64,000 nt of DNA from an uncultured Actinomycetota bacterium (GCA_963795385.1 CAWCHK010000009.1:17632-81631), one strand, 5' to 3'. Positions 42,329 to 52,932 are shown, counted from the stretch's first letter. Numbers and translations are program-made. The notes: generated by a model not told the origin, from the sequence alone.

Positions 42329-43473
42329 GGTCGCCGTCCCGGGCGCGTGGGTCGGGGCAGCCGCAGCTCGATCTCGGTCCCCTCACCGGCCCGCGAGGTC
42401 ACCGTCGCCGTACCGCCGTGGTCGGTCATCCGCCCGATGATCGACCCCGCGACCCCCAGCCGTCCGTCGCGACGCGCCTGGTCCAGCCGATCGGCGTCGA
42501 ATCCGGCGCCGTCGTCGCGGACCAGGACCGCCACCTGGCTCCCGTCGTCGTCCACGAGCACCCACGAGCGGGCGCCCGGACCGGCGTGACGGGCCACGTT
42601 GAGCAGGGCCTCCCCGACGGCACCGACCAGCGCGCTGGCCAGGGGCGCCGGCAGCACCACCGGGTCGGCCGGCCCGGACACGGTGGTCCCGTGCTGCTCG
42701 TACGTCGCGAGCAGGGGCAGGAGGTCCACCAGGCCGGTGGGCGCCCCCAGCCCCGGCCGCTCGGTGGCGACGAGGGCTCTCAGGGCCTGCTCCTGCTCCG
42801 CGGCCAGGCCGGCCAGGGCAACGGCCTCGCCGCCGATCTCGTTGCCCCGCCGATGGATCAGGGCCAGCACCTGCAGCACACCGTCGTGGATGTCCCGGGA
42901 CAGCCGCTCGCGCTCGCGGGTGGAGGCCGCGCTCGCCTCCGCCTGGGCGAGGGCCAGCTCGCCGCGCCGGGCCAGCGGGACGACGTAGCCGACCAGGGCG
43001 CCGCCGAGCACGAGCAGGACGATGTTCGTCGCCGTGGTGGTGCTGGCACCCTGCCGGTGCAGGAGGTCCGCGATGCCGACCGCGGCCGCCGCGCCGACGC
43101 CGGCCAGCCAGCCCCGTCCGACGGCCCAGGCGAGCACCGGCGCCGACGACCAGAGCACGGGCAGCGTCGGTGCGCCGGCCGCGATGTGGGCCGGGCTGTC
43201 CACCAGGCGGGACGCGAGGATGGCCGCGAGCGCGGTCGCGAGGTCCGCGGTCAGCCAGGCCGGGTCGTGGCGGGCGGATGGCCGGCGGGCGTAGGTCAGC
43301 GAGATGGCCGCGGTCCAGACGGCCATCAGCGCCAGCAGCAGCCAGGCACCGGCGTGGTGGCGGTAGTCGCCCGAGCTCACGGCGTAGAGGCCGACGGCGT
43401 AGGCGAGGGCCAGGGCGCGGAACACCGCGAGGACCCGCCAGGCCGCCGGCTCGATGCCTGCCCCCGAACTCAT
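42325..43473 (-). CDS. Membrane sensor histidine kinase (MacS-like)
   Basis: TM sensor region, ERERLSRDIHDGVLQVL, NVARHAG, RDDGAGF, GRLGVAGSI, GEGTE. Confidence 0.88.
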   Translation of the reverse strand: MSSGAGIEPAAWRVLAVFRALALAYAVGLYAVSSGDYRHHAGAWLLLALMAVWTAAISLTYARRPSARHDPAWLTADLATALAAILASRLVDSPAHIAAGAPTLPVLWSSAPVLAWAVGRGWLAGVGAAAAVGIADLLHRQGASTTTATNIVLLVLGGALVGYVVPLARRGELALAQAEASAASTRERERLSRDIHDGVLQVLALIHRRGNEIGGEAVALAGLAAEQEQALRALVATERPGLGAPTGLVDLLPLLATYEQHGTTVSGPADPVVLPAPLASALVGAVGEALLNVARHAGPGARSWVLVDDDGSQVAVLVRDDGAGFDADRLDQARRDGRLGVAGSIIGRMTDHGGTATVTSRAGEGTEIELRLPRPTRPGRRP

Positions 43474-43560
43474 GCCTGCACGGTAGTTGGACCCATGCGG
43501 TCGTTGGACCCCAGCGGTGGTTGGTCGAAGCCGGCCGGAGTCGAGGTGGATCCGCGAGAC

Positions 43561-43628
43561 GCGCCCGGCTGGGGTCCGGGGCAGCGGCCCATCAGGGGGA
43601 ACCGGGTCGCTGCCACCCAGCCGGGCAC
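43561..43628. ncRNA. Candidate structured RNA (long nested hairpin with a G5/C5 loop)
   Basis: Outer arms GCCCGGCTGGG/CCCAGCCGGGC, inner arms GGCAGCGGCCC/GGGTCGCTGCC, in a 280-bp non-coding gap. Confidence 0.3.
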
Positions 43629-43754
43629 GCCGTCACAGCGTGGAGGCTCGCAGCGTCCCCCGCAACGGCAGCGCAACGATTCGACCGGGTGTGAGTCCCG
43701 GTGGGTGAAATGCGCCTGACGAATGTGCCACCACACGGGTGGCTTCGTCTCACG

Positions 43755-44531
43755 CTAGAGGTCGCCGGCCTGCTCCACCTCGAGCAGAGAGGTCGAGTGC
43801 CGCTCGGCCTCGAACGCCGCCCGCCCTCCCCGCACGCCGAACAGCCGCTTGGTCAGGACCAGGTAGACGACCGCCGCGACGTTGACCGCGAACGCGCCGA
43901 CCCGCAGGACGGTCACCCGGTCGAGCAGCTCGTGCACCTCCAGCGGCAGGAAGATCGCCGTGCCGACCGCTGCGACGTACTCGCCCCACCGCCGCATCAG
44001 CCAGAGGCCGACCGCCTCGACCAGCTCCAGCGCGGCGTACGCGGCGACACCGAGGGTCACCCACAGCAGGGTCCGGGAGGACAGGCCGAGGGCCTCGCGG
44101 ATCAGCCGCACCGGCCCGGTCGTCTGCAGGTCGACGCCGAGCTTGTCGGCCAGCGGCTTGAGCAGCGGCAGGTCCTGCTCGAAGACCCTCTGCAGCGACC
44201 CCTGGGCGCCGGAGAAGCGGTGCAGGCCGTAGGCGAGCACCGCCAGCAACAGCCCCCGGATCCCGCGCTCGACGGCGAGCAGCCGCAGGATGACCGCGTC
44301 GCGCAGGGCCCGCCCGCGCAGGACCAGCGGGGCGTCGGCCGCCGGTCCACCGGCGACCGGGTCCCCGAGGGCGAAGTCGCCGCAGCGAAGGCAGCGCCAG
44401 GCCTCGCCGGCCGGCGTCTCCACCTGCAGCCGCGCGCGCAGCTCGGGCTCGTCGGGCGCGTACGTCGTGTGCCCGTGTCGGCCGCAGGCCCGCAGGTCCC
44501 AGCTGAACCTCGGGAAGGGACGCCAGGACAT
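43755..44531 (-). CDS. DUF2127 family membrane protein
   Basis: CGRHGH, WRCLRC, EAVGLWLMRRWGEY, LPLEVHE, KRLFGVRGG. Confidence 0.8.
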   Translation of the reverse strand: MSWRPFPRFSWDLRACGRHGHTTYAPDEPELRARLQVETPAGEAWRCLRCGDFALGDPVAGGPAADAPLVLRGRALRDAVILRLLAVERGIRGLLLAVLAYGLHRFSGAQGSLQRVFEQDLPLLKPLADKLGVDLQTTGPVRLIREALGLSSRTLLWVTLGVAAYAALELVEAVGLWLMRRWGEYVAAVGTAIFLPLEVHELLDRVTVLRVGAFAVNVAAVVYLVLTKRLFGVRGGRAAFEAERHSTSLLEVEQAGDL

Positions 44532-44583
44532 GCCCCGACCCTAGGCGGGTGAGGGCCGGCCGGCCCGCGACTACGGTTACGAC

Positions 44584-45099
44584 GTGGCTCCGGACCTGGG
44601 ACTCCCGTTCGACCCGATCGCGCGGGCCGAGGAGCTCTGGGACCGGCGCTGGGATGCCTCCGGCGCGATGGCCGCCGCGACGTCGATCATGCGGGTCCAG
44701 CAGCTGCTCCTGGCCCGGTTCGACGACGTGCTCAAGCCGCACGGCCTGACCTTCGCCCGGTACGAGGCCCTGGTGCTGCTGGCGTTCAGCCGTTCCGGCG
44801 AGCTGCCCATGGGCAAGATCGGCGAGCGGCTGATGGTGCACCCGACCAGCGTCACGAACATCGTGCAGCGGCTGGAGCAGCAGGGCTTCGTCCGCCGCCG
44901 GCCCAACCCGCGGGACGGCCGGGGCGCGCTGGCCTCGCTGACCGAGCCCGGGCGCACGGTGATGGAGGCCGCGACCGTCGACCTCGTCGGGACCGGCTTC
45001 GGCCTGGATGCGCTCGACGACGCGGGGCTCAAGAACCTGTTCGGGATGCTGCGCGACGTCCGCGTGGCGGCCGGCGACTTCGACGGGAATGGTAATTAG
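44584..45099 (+). CDS. MarR family transcriptional regulator
   Basis: LTFARYEAL, HPTSVTNIVQRLE, RDGRG, LT. Confidence 0.9.
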   Translation: MAPDLGLPFDPIARAEELWDRRWDASGAMAAATSIMRVQQLLLARFDDVLKPHGLTFARYEALVLLAFSRSGELPMGKIGERLMVHPTSVTNIVQRLEQQGFVRRRPNPRDGRGALASLTEPGRTVMEAATVDLVGTGFGLDALDDAGLKNLFGMLRDVRVAAGDFDGNGN

Positions 45100-45113
45100 T
45101 AGGACGTCCTAGT
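45098..45113. promoter_or_regulatory. Palindromic operator abutting the icmA -10 element
   Basis: AGTAGGACGTCCTAGT (perfect core TAGGACGTCCTA), followed by TAAATT-6nt-GTG. Confidence 0.55.
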
Positions 45114-45124
45114 AAATTGGCCGG

Positions 45125-46815
45125 GTGAGCATCCCCAGCGACGGTCGGCAACGGTGGCAGCAGCGGTACGACGCGTCGCTGGAGCGTGGTCGGGTGCGCG
45201 ACGCGGACTTCACGACGCTCTCCGGCACGGAGGTCGACCCGGTCTACGGTCCGGAGCCCGGCTCGGCCGAGGCCGACGACCCGCGGATGGCCCGGATCGG
45301 CTGGCCGGGGGAGTACCCGTTCACCCGCGGGCTCTACCCGACGGGCTACCGGGGCCGGACCTGGACCATCCGCCAGTTCGCCGGCTTCGGCAACGCCGAG
45401 CAGACCAACGAGCGCTACCGGATGATCCTGGCCCGCGGCGGCGGCGGGCTCTCGGTGGCCTTCGACATGCCGACCCTGATGGGCCGCGACTCCGACGATG
45501 TCCAGAGCCTCGGCGAGGTCGGGCACTGCGGTGTCGCGATCGACTCGGCCCGTGACATGGAGGCGCTGTTCGCCGACATCCCCATCGACCAGGTGACCAC
45601 GTCGATGACGATCAGCGGCCCCGCGGTGCCGGTGTTCTGCATGTATCTCGTTGCGGCCGAACGGCAAGGAGCCGACATCGGCGTCCTGAACGGCACGCTC
45701 CAGACGGACATCTTCAAGGAGTACATCGCGCAGAAGGAGTGGCTCTTCCCGCCCGAGCCGCACCTGCGGCTCATCGGCGACCTGATGGAGTACTGCGCGG
45801 CCGAGATCCCGGCGTACAAGCCGCTCTCGGTCTCCGGGTACCACATCCGCGAGGCGGGATCGACTGCGGCACAAGAGCTGGCGTTCACCCTGGCCGACGG
45901 CTTCGGCTACGTCGAGCTCGGGCTGGCCCGCGGGCTGGACATCGAGGCGTTCGCGCCCGGCCTCAGCTTCTTCTTCGACGCTCACCTCGACTTCTTCGAG
46001 GAGATCGCGAAGTTCCGGGCCGCGCGGCGGATCTGGGCCCGGTGGATGCGCGACGTCTACGGCGCCAAGACCGAGAAGGCCCAGTGGCTGCGCTTCCACA
46101 CCCAGACGGCGGGCGTCTCGCTCACCGCGCAGCAGCCGTACAACAACGTCGTCCGCACGGCGGTCGAGGCGCTCGCGGCGGTGCTTGGAGGCACGAACTC
46201 GTTGCACACCAACGCACTTGACGAGACGCTGGCGCTGCCGAGCGAGCAGGCGGCCGAGATCGCCCTGCGGACCCAGCAGGTGCTGATGGAGGAGATCGGG
46301 GTCGTCAACGTCGCCGACCCGATGGGCGGCTCGTGGTACGTCGAGGCCCTGACCGACCGGCTCGAGGCCGAGGCCGAGGCGATCTTCGACCGGATCCGCG
46401 GCATGGGCCCGGACGGCACGATGACGGCCGGCATCCTGCGCGGCATCGAGGACGGCTGGTTCATGTCCGAGATCGCGGACGCGGCGTTCCAGTACCAGAC
46501 CGCCCTGGAGAAGGGCGAGAAGAAGGTCGTGGGGGTCAACGTCCACACCGAGTCGATCACGCCGCGAGCTGGAGATCATGCGGGTCAGCCACGACGTCGA
46601 GCGGGACCAGGTGGCGGCACTCGGGCAGCGCCGGGCCGACCGCGACGAGGCGGCGGTCCGGTCGGCCCTGGCCCGGATGGTGGAGGCAGCCCGCGGCAGC
46701 GACAACCTGGTGCCGCGCCATGCTCGCGGCCGCGCGGGCCGAGGCGACGCTCGGGGAGATCTGCGACGCGCTGCGCGCCGAGTGGGGCGACTACCGGGAG
46801 CCGGCGCGGTTCTGA
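45125..46815 (+). CDS. icmA: Isobutyryl-CoA mutase large subunit (acyl-CoA mutase, no B12 domain), frameshifts near 46565 and 46715
   Basis: WPGEYPFTRG; RQFAGFG with Phe at the specificity position; GLSVAFDMPT, HTNALDE; ends ATLGEICDALRAEWGDY. Confidence 0.8.
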
Positions 46816-46848
46816 CCAGCCGGCACCGCGCCCCTACCCTGGTCCGTC

Positions 46849-47486
46849 GTGGCCGGACGTCAGCGTGGGAAGTACCTCATCGCCGACCTGCGCGACATGC
46901 TCGAGCGACCCGGCAGCATCACGGGCGTCGTGCTGGTCGCCGGTCGGCGGTCTCGTGCTGCTGGTGGGCCTGGCGGCGGCCGTCCTGGTCGGCCCGGACA
47001 GCACCTGGACCGCGTCGCGGACGGTTCAGCCGAAGCGCCCCCGCGGTGATCCTGACCTCGGGGGCGGTCGGCGCGGTCGGCCCCGAGGTGACGGTGACCG
47101 CCCGGCGCCTGGACGACGGGCAGCTGTTCGTCGGCCGCGGGATCTCACGCGACGTCAGCGACCTGACCGGAGCCGCCCCGCGGCTGGTGATCCGCGGTGT
47201 CCGCCCGCTGCACCGGCTGGTCATGACGGCGGTCCCGGGTGCGACCAGCCTCGGCAACGTGCAGACGTGGGACATCTGGCGGGCCACCAGCATCGGCGAT
47301 GGCGCGCAGGACCTGGACTGGCGGCCGGGCGCGGAGGCGCAGTCGGTGCTGGTCTCCTCGGCCGACGGGTCGGCGCTGCCCGCGGTCAAGGTCACCGTCT
47401 CGTGGCACCGCGGCGGCTGGTTCCCCGCGGCCGTGCTGCTCCTGCTGGTCGGGGCGGTGCTGCTGGCAGCCGGGCTGCACCGCTGA
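46849..47486 (+). CDS. Hypothetical membrane protein, frameshifted; 3' end uncertain
   Basis: Coherent segments (GKYLIADLRDML; VILTSGAVGAVG...WFPAAVLLLLVG) in shifting frames. Confidence 0.5.
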
Positions 47487-47599
47487 CCGGCCGGCCGGAC
47501 CCTGTCGCGGCTGGCCGACCGGTCCTGCGGACGGTCTCCCGGATCCCGATGCCGGCGCGCCGCCGCACCGGTGCGGACGCTCGAGCGGCCAGGCGCGCC

Positions 47600-48587
47600 G
47601 GCGTGCGTGCGGCCCGCGCGGCCGGGCTGGTCGTCGGTCGCGTGCTCTCCGGCTGCTCGGCCGCCGGCGGCCTGGTCGGGGTGCAGGCCCCACCGGCCCA
47701 CCCCGTCGCCGGCCCGGCCCTGGAGCCGCAGCAGGCCCGGGGGATCGTCGGCCGGGTGCTGGCGGCGGCCGACCGGGCCGACGCGGCGCGCAACGCCCGA
47801 CGGCGGCCGCCGGCGTACGACGGGCTGGCCCTGCAGATGACCACCTCGCTCTACCAGGTCGCCACCGCCCAGGGGACCAGCGTGCCGCCCCGGCCGACCT
47901 CGAGCCAGCGGCCCGCGGTGCTGCTGACCCGGGGCACGGCGTACCCGCGGTTCTTCTTCGTGGTCCTGGCCGGCAACGCCAAGCAGGCGCCGGTGGTCAG
48001 CCTGCTCACCGCGAAGGACGCGCGTCGGCGTACCGGATCGCCGGATCGGTGCTGCTGCTGCCTGGCGCGCGCCTGCCCGAGGTGGCCGACCCTCGGAGGG
48101 CTCGCCGGTCCTCGGGCCGGCCACGACCGGCCTGCGCTGCCGCGCCGGGCAGACCGCGGGCGAAGTACGCCGCGGTGCTCAACACCGGGTCGACCGCGCC
48201 GGAGGCCGCGAGCTTCGGCGAAGGACTCGTTCGTCCAGCAGGTGCAGAAGGCGGCGGCGGCCCAGCGGCCGGGTGTCGCGCGGTTCGGCACCTACGCCCA
48301 GTCCCATGAGGCCGTGCCGGGTGCCACGCTGGCGATCCGGACGAGCGACGGCGGGCGCCCTGGTCTTCACGGCCCTGCGGCGGCCGAGCACCTTCACCGC
48401 GCGGCCGCGGCAACACGGCCACGCTGCCGCCGGACGTGCGGGTGCTCACCGGCGAGGTGCAGGCCTCGAGGTTCACGACGACGGCGGCCGAGCTGCTGCT
48501 CTTCGTGGTGCCGCCCGCCGGCAAGGGCAAGGCACGAAGCTGGTCGCCGCCTCCGACGGCCTGATCGCGGCGCACTGCGCGAGCTGA
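47600..48587 (+). CDS. Putative lipoprotein, frameshifted; start uncertain
   Basis: Lipobox-like VLSGC, YPRFFFVV, AIRTSDGG, KLVAASDGLI. Confidence 0.45.
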
Positions 48588-48615
48588 CGGCGCGATGCCT
48601 GAGAGGATGAGCGGC

Positions 48616-49593
48616 ATGAGTCAGCAGCCGTTCAGCACCGCGGCCCTGCGCGGTGCCGTCGACCTCGGCGCGCTCGCCGCCGCGAGCCAGCGCAAGGCCC
48701 AGGCGGGCCGCCGGCTGGCGGGCGGTGCCGCCGCGGCCAGTGGCCGTACGTCGTCGAGGTCACCGAGGCCGACTTCCAGTCCGTCGTGATCGAGCAGTCG
48801 ATGACCGTGCCGGTGGTCGTCGACCTCTTACGGCCCGCGCCGCGCAGTCGCGAGCAGATCAGCACGCTGCTGGACAAGCTCGCCGCGGACTACGCCGGGG
48901 CGTTCCTGGTCGCCCGGGTCGACGTCGACACGAGCCCGGCTCTGGTGCAGGCGTTCCAGGTGCAGACCCTGCCCTTCGTGGTCGCGGTCGTCAGGGGCCA
49001 GCCGGTGCCGCTGGTCGCCGACGTCGTGCCCGAGGCGGCGCTGCGCCAGGTCGCTGGACAAGCTGCTCGAGGTCGCGGCCCAGAACGGCGTGACCGGCCG
49101 GGTCGCCGGGCTCGGGACGCGGCGGCGCAGGGCGCGGACGCGGAGCCGGCCGGCGCCGGTCGAGCCGGAGCCCTGCCGCCGCTGCACCAGGCGGCGTACG
49201 ACGCGATCGAGCGCGGACGACCTGGACGCCGCGGCCGCGGCGTACGAGCAGGCCGCTGCGGGAGAGCCCGGCCGACGACCTGGCGGCCGTCGGCCTGGTC
49301 AACGTCCAGCTGATGCAGCGGACCGACGGGCGTGGACGCTCGCTGCGGCGGTGGCCGCTGCCGACGCGGCTCCGGACGACACCGCGGCCCAGCTGCTGGC
49401 GGCGGACGCGGAGTTCCTCGCAGGGCGAGGTCGACGCGGCGTTCGACCGGCTGGTCGAGGCGGTCGCGCTCGCGCTGCGGGGACGGAGCGCGAGGAGGTC
49501 CGGCAGCGGCTGGTCGACCTCTTCTCGCTGGTCGGGTCCGACGACGCGCAGGTACGCCGGGCCCGGATCGCGCTGACCAACGCGCTGTTCTAG
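48616..49593 (+). CDS. Thioredoxin-like/TPR co-chaperone (YbbN/CnoX-like), frameshifted
   Basis: LRGAVDL, SMTVPVVVDL, ARVDVD, AFQVQ, RQRLVDLF, ARIALTNALF; no CxxC. Confidence 0.8.
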
Positions 49594-49596
49594 ACG

Positions 49597-50659
49597 GTGC
49601 TGACGCTGGGCGTTCGCACGACCCCGACCGGACGTGTGGGCCGGCGTGCGGCTGCAGCAGCACGCCGGCCTGGACCGGGTCGCGCGCTCGGACTTCGCCC
49701 GGACGCGGCGACGACTGGGTGCTCGAGGTGCCAGCGGCCGCCGGTCGACCGGATCGAGTACCAGTTCGAGCTGCGCTGTGCGGACGGCCGGGTCGAGACG
49801 GTCACCGACCCGGCGAACCCGCTCCGGGCGGCCGGGGTGTTCGGCGACCCGTCGGTGCTGGAGCTGCCGGAGTACGCAGCCGCCCTGGTGGCTGGGCGCG
49901 CCGAGGAGCCGGGAGTGGGACCCGGGTCGACCTGAGCGCGCGCGGCCGGCGGGCTGCGCGACGTGCCGGTGCAGCTCTGCTCACCGGCCGGGGTCGACGT
50001 GGCCGCCGAGCCGCTGCCGCTGCTGGTGGCGCACGACGGCGGCGAGCTGGACGCGCTGGCCCGGCTGACGACGTACGCCGCGGCGACCGTTGCGGCCGGG
50101 GTCGGTGCCGGCGTACCGGATCGCGTTGCTGTCGCCGCTGGACCGGGACAACTGGTACTCGGGGTCGACGGCGTACGGGCGGACGCTCGCGACGTCGGTG
50201 CTGCCGCTGCTGCGCTACGAGGTCAACGTGGCCGGGCCGGTCGTCGGCTACGGCGCGAGCCTCGGTGCGCTGTCGATGCTCGCCACCCAGCTGCGCCATC
50301 CCGGGACGTTCGGCGGGCTGATGCTGGCGTCGGGAGCTTCTTCCACCCGACCGACGACGCCGCAGGAGTCCGGCTTCCGGCGGTACTGGCGGGTGGTGGA
50401 CCGGGTGACGGACGTGCTGGAGGGGGCGCTCGACGGCGTGCGGACCGGGCGACGGTCCGGCGTGCCGTGGATGCGGGTCGGGATGGTCTGCGGCACGGTC
50501 GAGGAGAACCTCGCCAACAACCGGCGGATGGCCACGGCCCTGGCCGAGTCGGGCCACGGCGTGTCGTTCGCCGAGTTCCGGGACGCGCACAACTTCACCG
50601 CCTGGCGGGACGCGCTCGACCCGCATCTGACGGCGGTGCTGGCCGACCTGTGGGGCTGA
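49597..50659 (+). CDS. Fes-like putative esterase with N-terminal beta-sandwich, frameshifted
   Basis: RIEYQF...DPANP...GVFG, LLVAHDG, GASLG, AHNFTAWRD. Confidence 0.72.
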
Positions 50660-50675
50660 CCGGCAGGATGGCGCG

Positions 50676-51420
50676 GTGCGCCGCGACTCGGTCCAGCTGA
50701 ACGTCCCCGGGACGGACCTCGACCCGACGGTGGTCGCCTACGGGCACTGGGGCCGGCCGGTGCTGGTCTTCCCCTCCGAGGGCGGCAGCGCCTGGGACTA
50801 CGAGAACAACGGCATGGTGGGGGCGGTCGCGGACCTGATCGACGCCGGGCGGGTCAAGCTCTACTGCGTCGACTCGCTGGACGCCTACACCTGGTCGGAC
50901 CGCTCGATCCCGTTGGAGGAGCGGGCCCGCCGGCACGCGACGTACGCCGGGTGGGTCCGCGACGTCGTGGCGCCGTGGATCTTCGCGGACTGCGGCGGGC
51001 CGGTCGAGATCGCGGTCACCGGCTGCAGCCTCGGGGCCTATCACGCGCTGCAGTCCGGGCTGACCCGGGCCGACCTCTTCCCGCTGGTGATCGGGCTGTC
51101 CGGCAACTACGACGTGTCGACCTGGCACGCGTGGGGCGAGCGGGGGGACGCGGCGTACTTCGCGAACCCGGCGGACTACGTGCCGAATCTGCACGGTGAC
51201 CACCTGGACTGGCTGCGCGGGCGGCTGTCGGTCGTGCTGGTCTGCGGTCAGGGTGCCTGGGAGACGCATCCGACCGGATCGCTGCCGGCGACGCGGCCAT
51301 GGGGCGGCGTTGCAGGAGAAGGGGATTCGCTGCGAGGTCGACCTGTGGGGCTTCGACGTCAGCCACGACTGGGAGTGGTGGCGCCGCCAGATCGCGCACC
51401 ACCTGCCCCGGTTCTGCTGA
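50676..51420 (+). CDS. Putative esterase (alpha/beta hydrolase), frameshift near 51300
   Basis: YGHWGRPVLVFP, GCSLG, LSGNYD, GQGAWE, WGFDVSHDWEWW. Confidence 0.82.
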
Positions 51421-51552
51421 GGCGACCAGGGTGCGGTCGTTCGGCGCACACCCCATTCCGATGCGGGGTGCGGCGTGGGCCGCGGTCACGGTCGAGACGG
51501 TGAGCGCAGTCGTGAAAAGAATAGCCAGAACGGTCTTTGGAAAAGATCGCAT
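51421..51552 (-). CDS. Candidate small secreted peptide or gene remnant (stop not resolved)
   Basis: RBS AAAGGGGA, ATG 51552, then signal peptide MRSFPKTVLAILFTTALTVSTVTAAHA; AT-rich. Confidence 0.35.
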
Positions 51553-51659
51553 GAATTCCCCTTTATGAGTTCCCGGCCAAAGGATGTGTGTCGGACAGTA
51601 GGTCCCGGGCCCGGCGGCGTCAAGAGCGGAACCCGCACGGGTCTGCTAGACCTGCTTCC

Positions 51660-52932
51660 ATGAGCGATGCAGCCGCCACCCCGGCCCCGGTCACCAAGCA
51701 TCTGATCGGCCTCCTGCTGGGGACCGAGAACGACTGGCCGCGCGCGTTCGAGACGTTGACGTCTCGGCTGGGGCTGGTCGGGGACGGGCTGGGCGGGCAG
51801 CACGCGCTGGAGACCGAGCGGGTGTCGATCGAGCCGTTCGAGCTACGGGACAAGCCGCGGCACTCGCTCGTCATCGACCGGCTGGCCTACTGGTACTACC
51901 ACCCGCGGGAGTGGCTGAAGAAGATCGCGCTGATGGATGACGTCTACCTGCTGAACAGCCCGTTCACGTTCCAGTCGATGGAGAAGCACGCGGCGTACTG
52001 CGCGATGATCCGGCTCGGGCTGAAGGTGCCGACCACGGTGCTCGTGCCGTACAAGAACCCGGTCGAGAACGCCCGCTACGCCTACACCGCCGCGCAGTAC
52101 AACCGCGGGTTCGACCTGGACGCGGTTGCGGCGGAGGTCGGCTACCCGATGTTCATGAAGCCGTTCGACGGCGGGGGGTGGCGCGGCGTCTCGCAGATCC
52201 AGGACCAGGCGGCGCTGCACCGCGCGTACGACGAGTCGGGCGAGATGCTGATGCACCTGCAGGCGGCGGTGAAGGACTACGACGTCTTCGCCCGCGCGCT
52301 TGTCGATCGGTGCCGAGACGATGGTGATGAAGTTCCAGCCGGACGAGCCGATGCACAACCGGTACGCCGTGGAGCACGGCTTCCTGTCGCCGCAGGCCGG
52401 CGACGAGGCGGTGACGATCTCGCGGGTCGTGAACGCGTTCTTCCGCTGGGAGTTCAACTCCTGCGAGATGCTCGTCAAGGACGACGAGGTGCACCCGATC
52501 GACTACGCGAACGCCTGCCCGGACGTCGCGGTCACGTCGTTGCACTACTACTTCCCGTGGGCGATGTCGGCGCTGGTGAAGTGGTCGGCGTTCTGTCTCG
52601 TCACGGACCGGACGCCGCGGCTGCACGTCGACACCGACCCGTGGTTCGCGGTCGCGGACCGCATGGACCTGTCGTACGAGGAGAAGCTGGCCGAGTACCG
52701 CCGGCTCGCCGACGCGCACTTCGACACCGAGCGCTACAACGACTTCGTGGCGGCGCGTCTGCCGCACGTCGACGAGCTCGTCTTCGAGTGGGTCACGTCG
52801 GCCGACTTCGACTCGCTGCTCGTTGACACGGTGGTCTCGACGTACCCGGCGCACGAGCACGAGAAGTTCCTGGCGCACTTCCGTGGGCTCGTCGGTCTCT
52901 GGGTCGCCGACCAGTCCGCCGCCACCGCTTAG
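51660..52932 (+). CDS. ATP-grasp fold ligase, frameshift near 52300
   Basis: VIDRLAYW, MEKHAAY, YPMFMKPFDGGGWRG, FNSCE, IDYANACPD. Confidence 0.85.

Noticed and set aside
45125-48610. 1161-aa mutase fusion ORF
   Set aside because: Produced by frameshifts; icmA ends at 46815 and the rest reads through neighbouring genes.
46560-52300. Apparent decayed island (icmA to ATP-grasp)
   Set aside because: Same block-wise indel pattern, with motifs and codon bias retained; treated as sequencing error pending read check.
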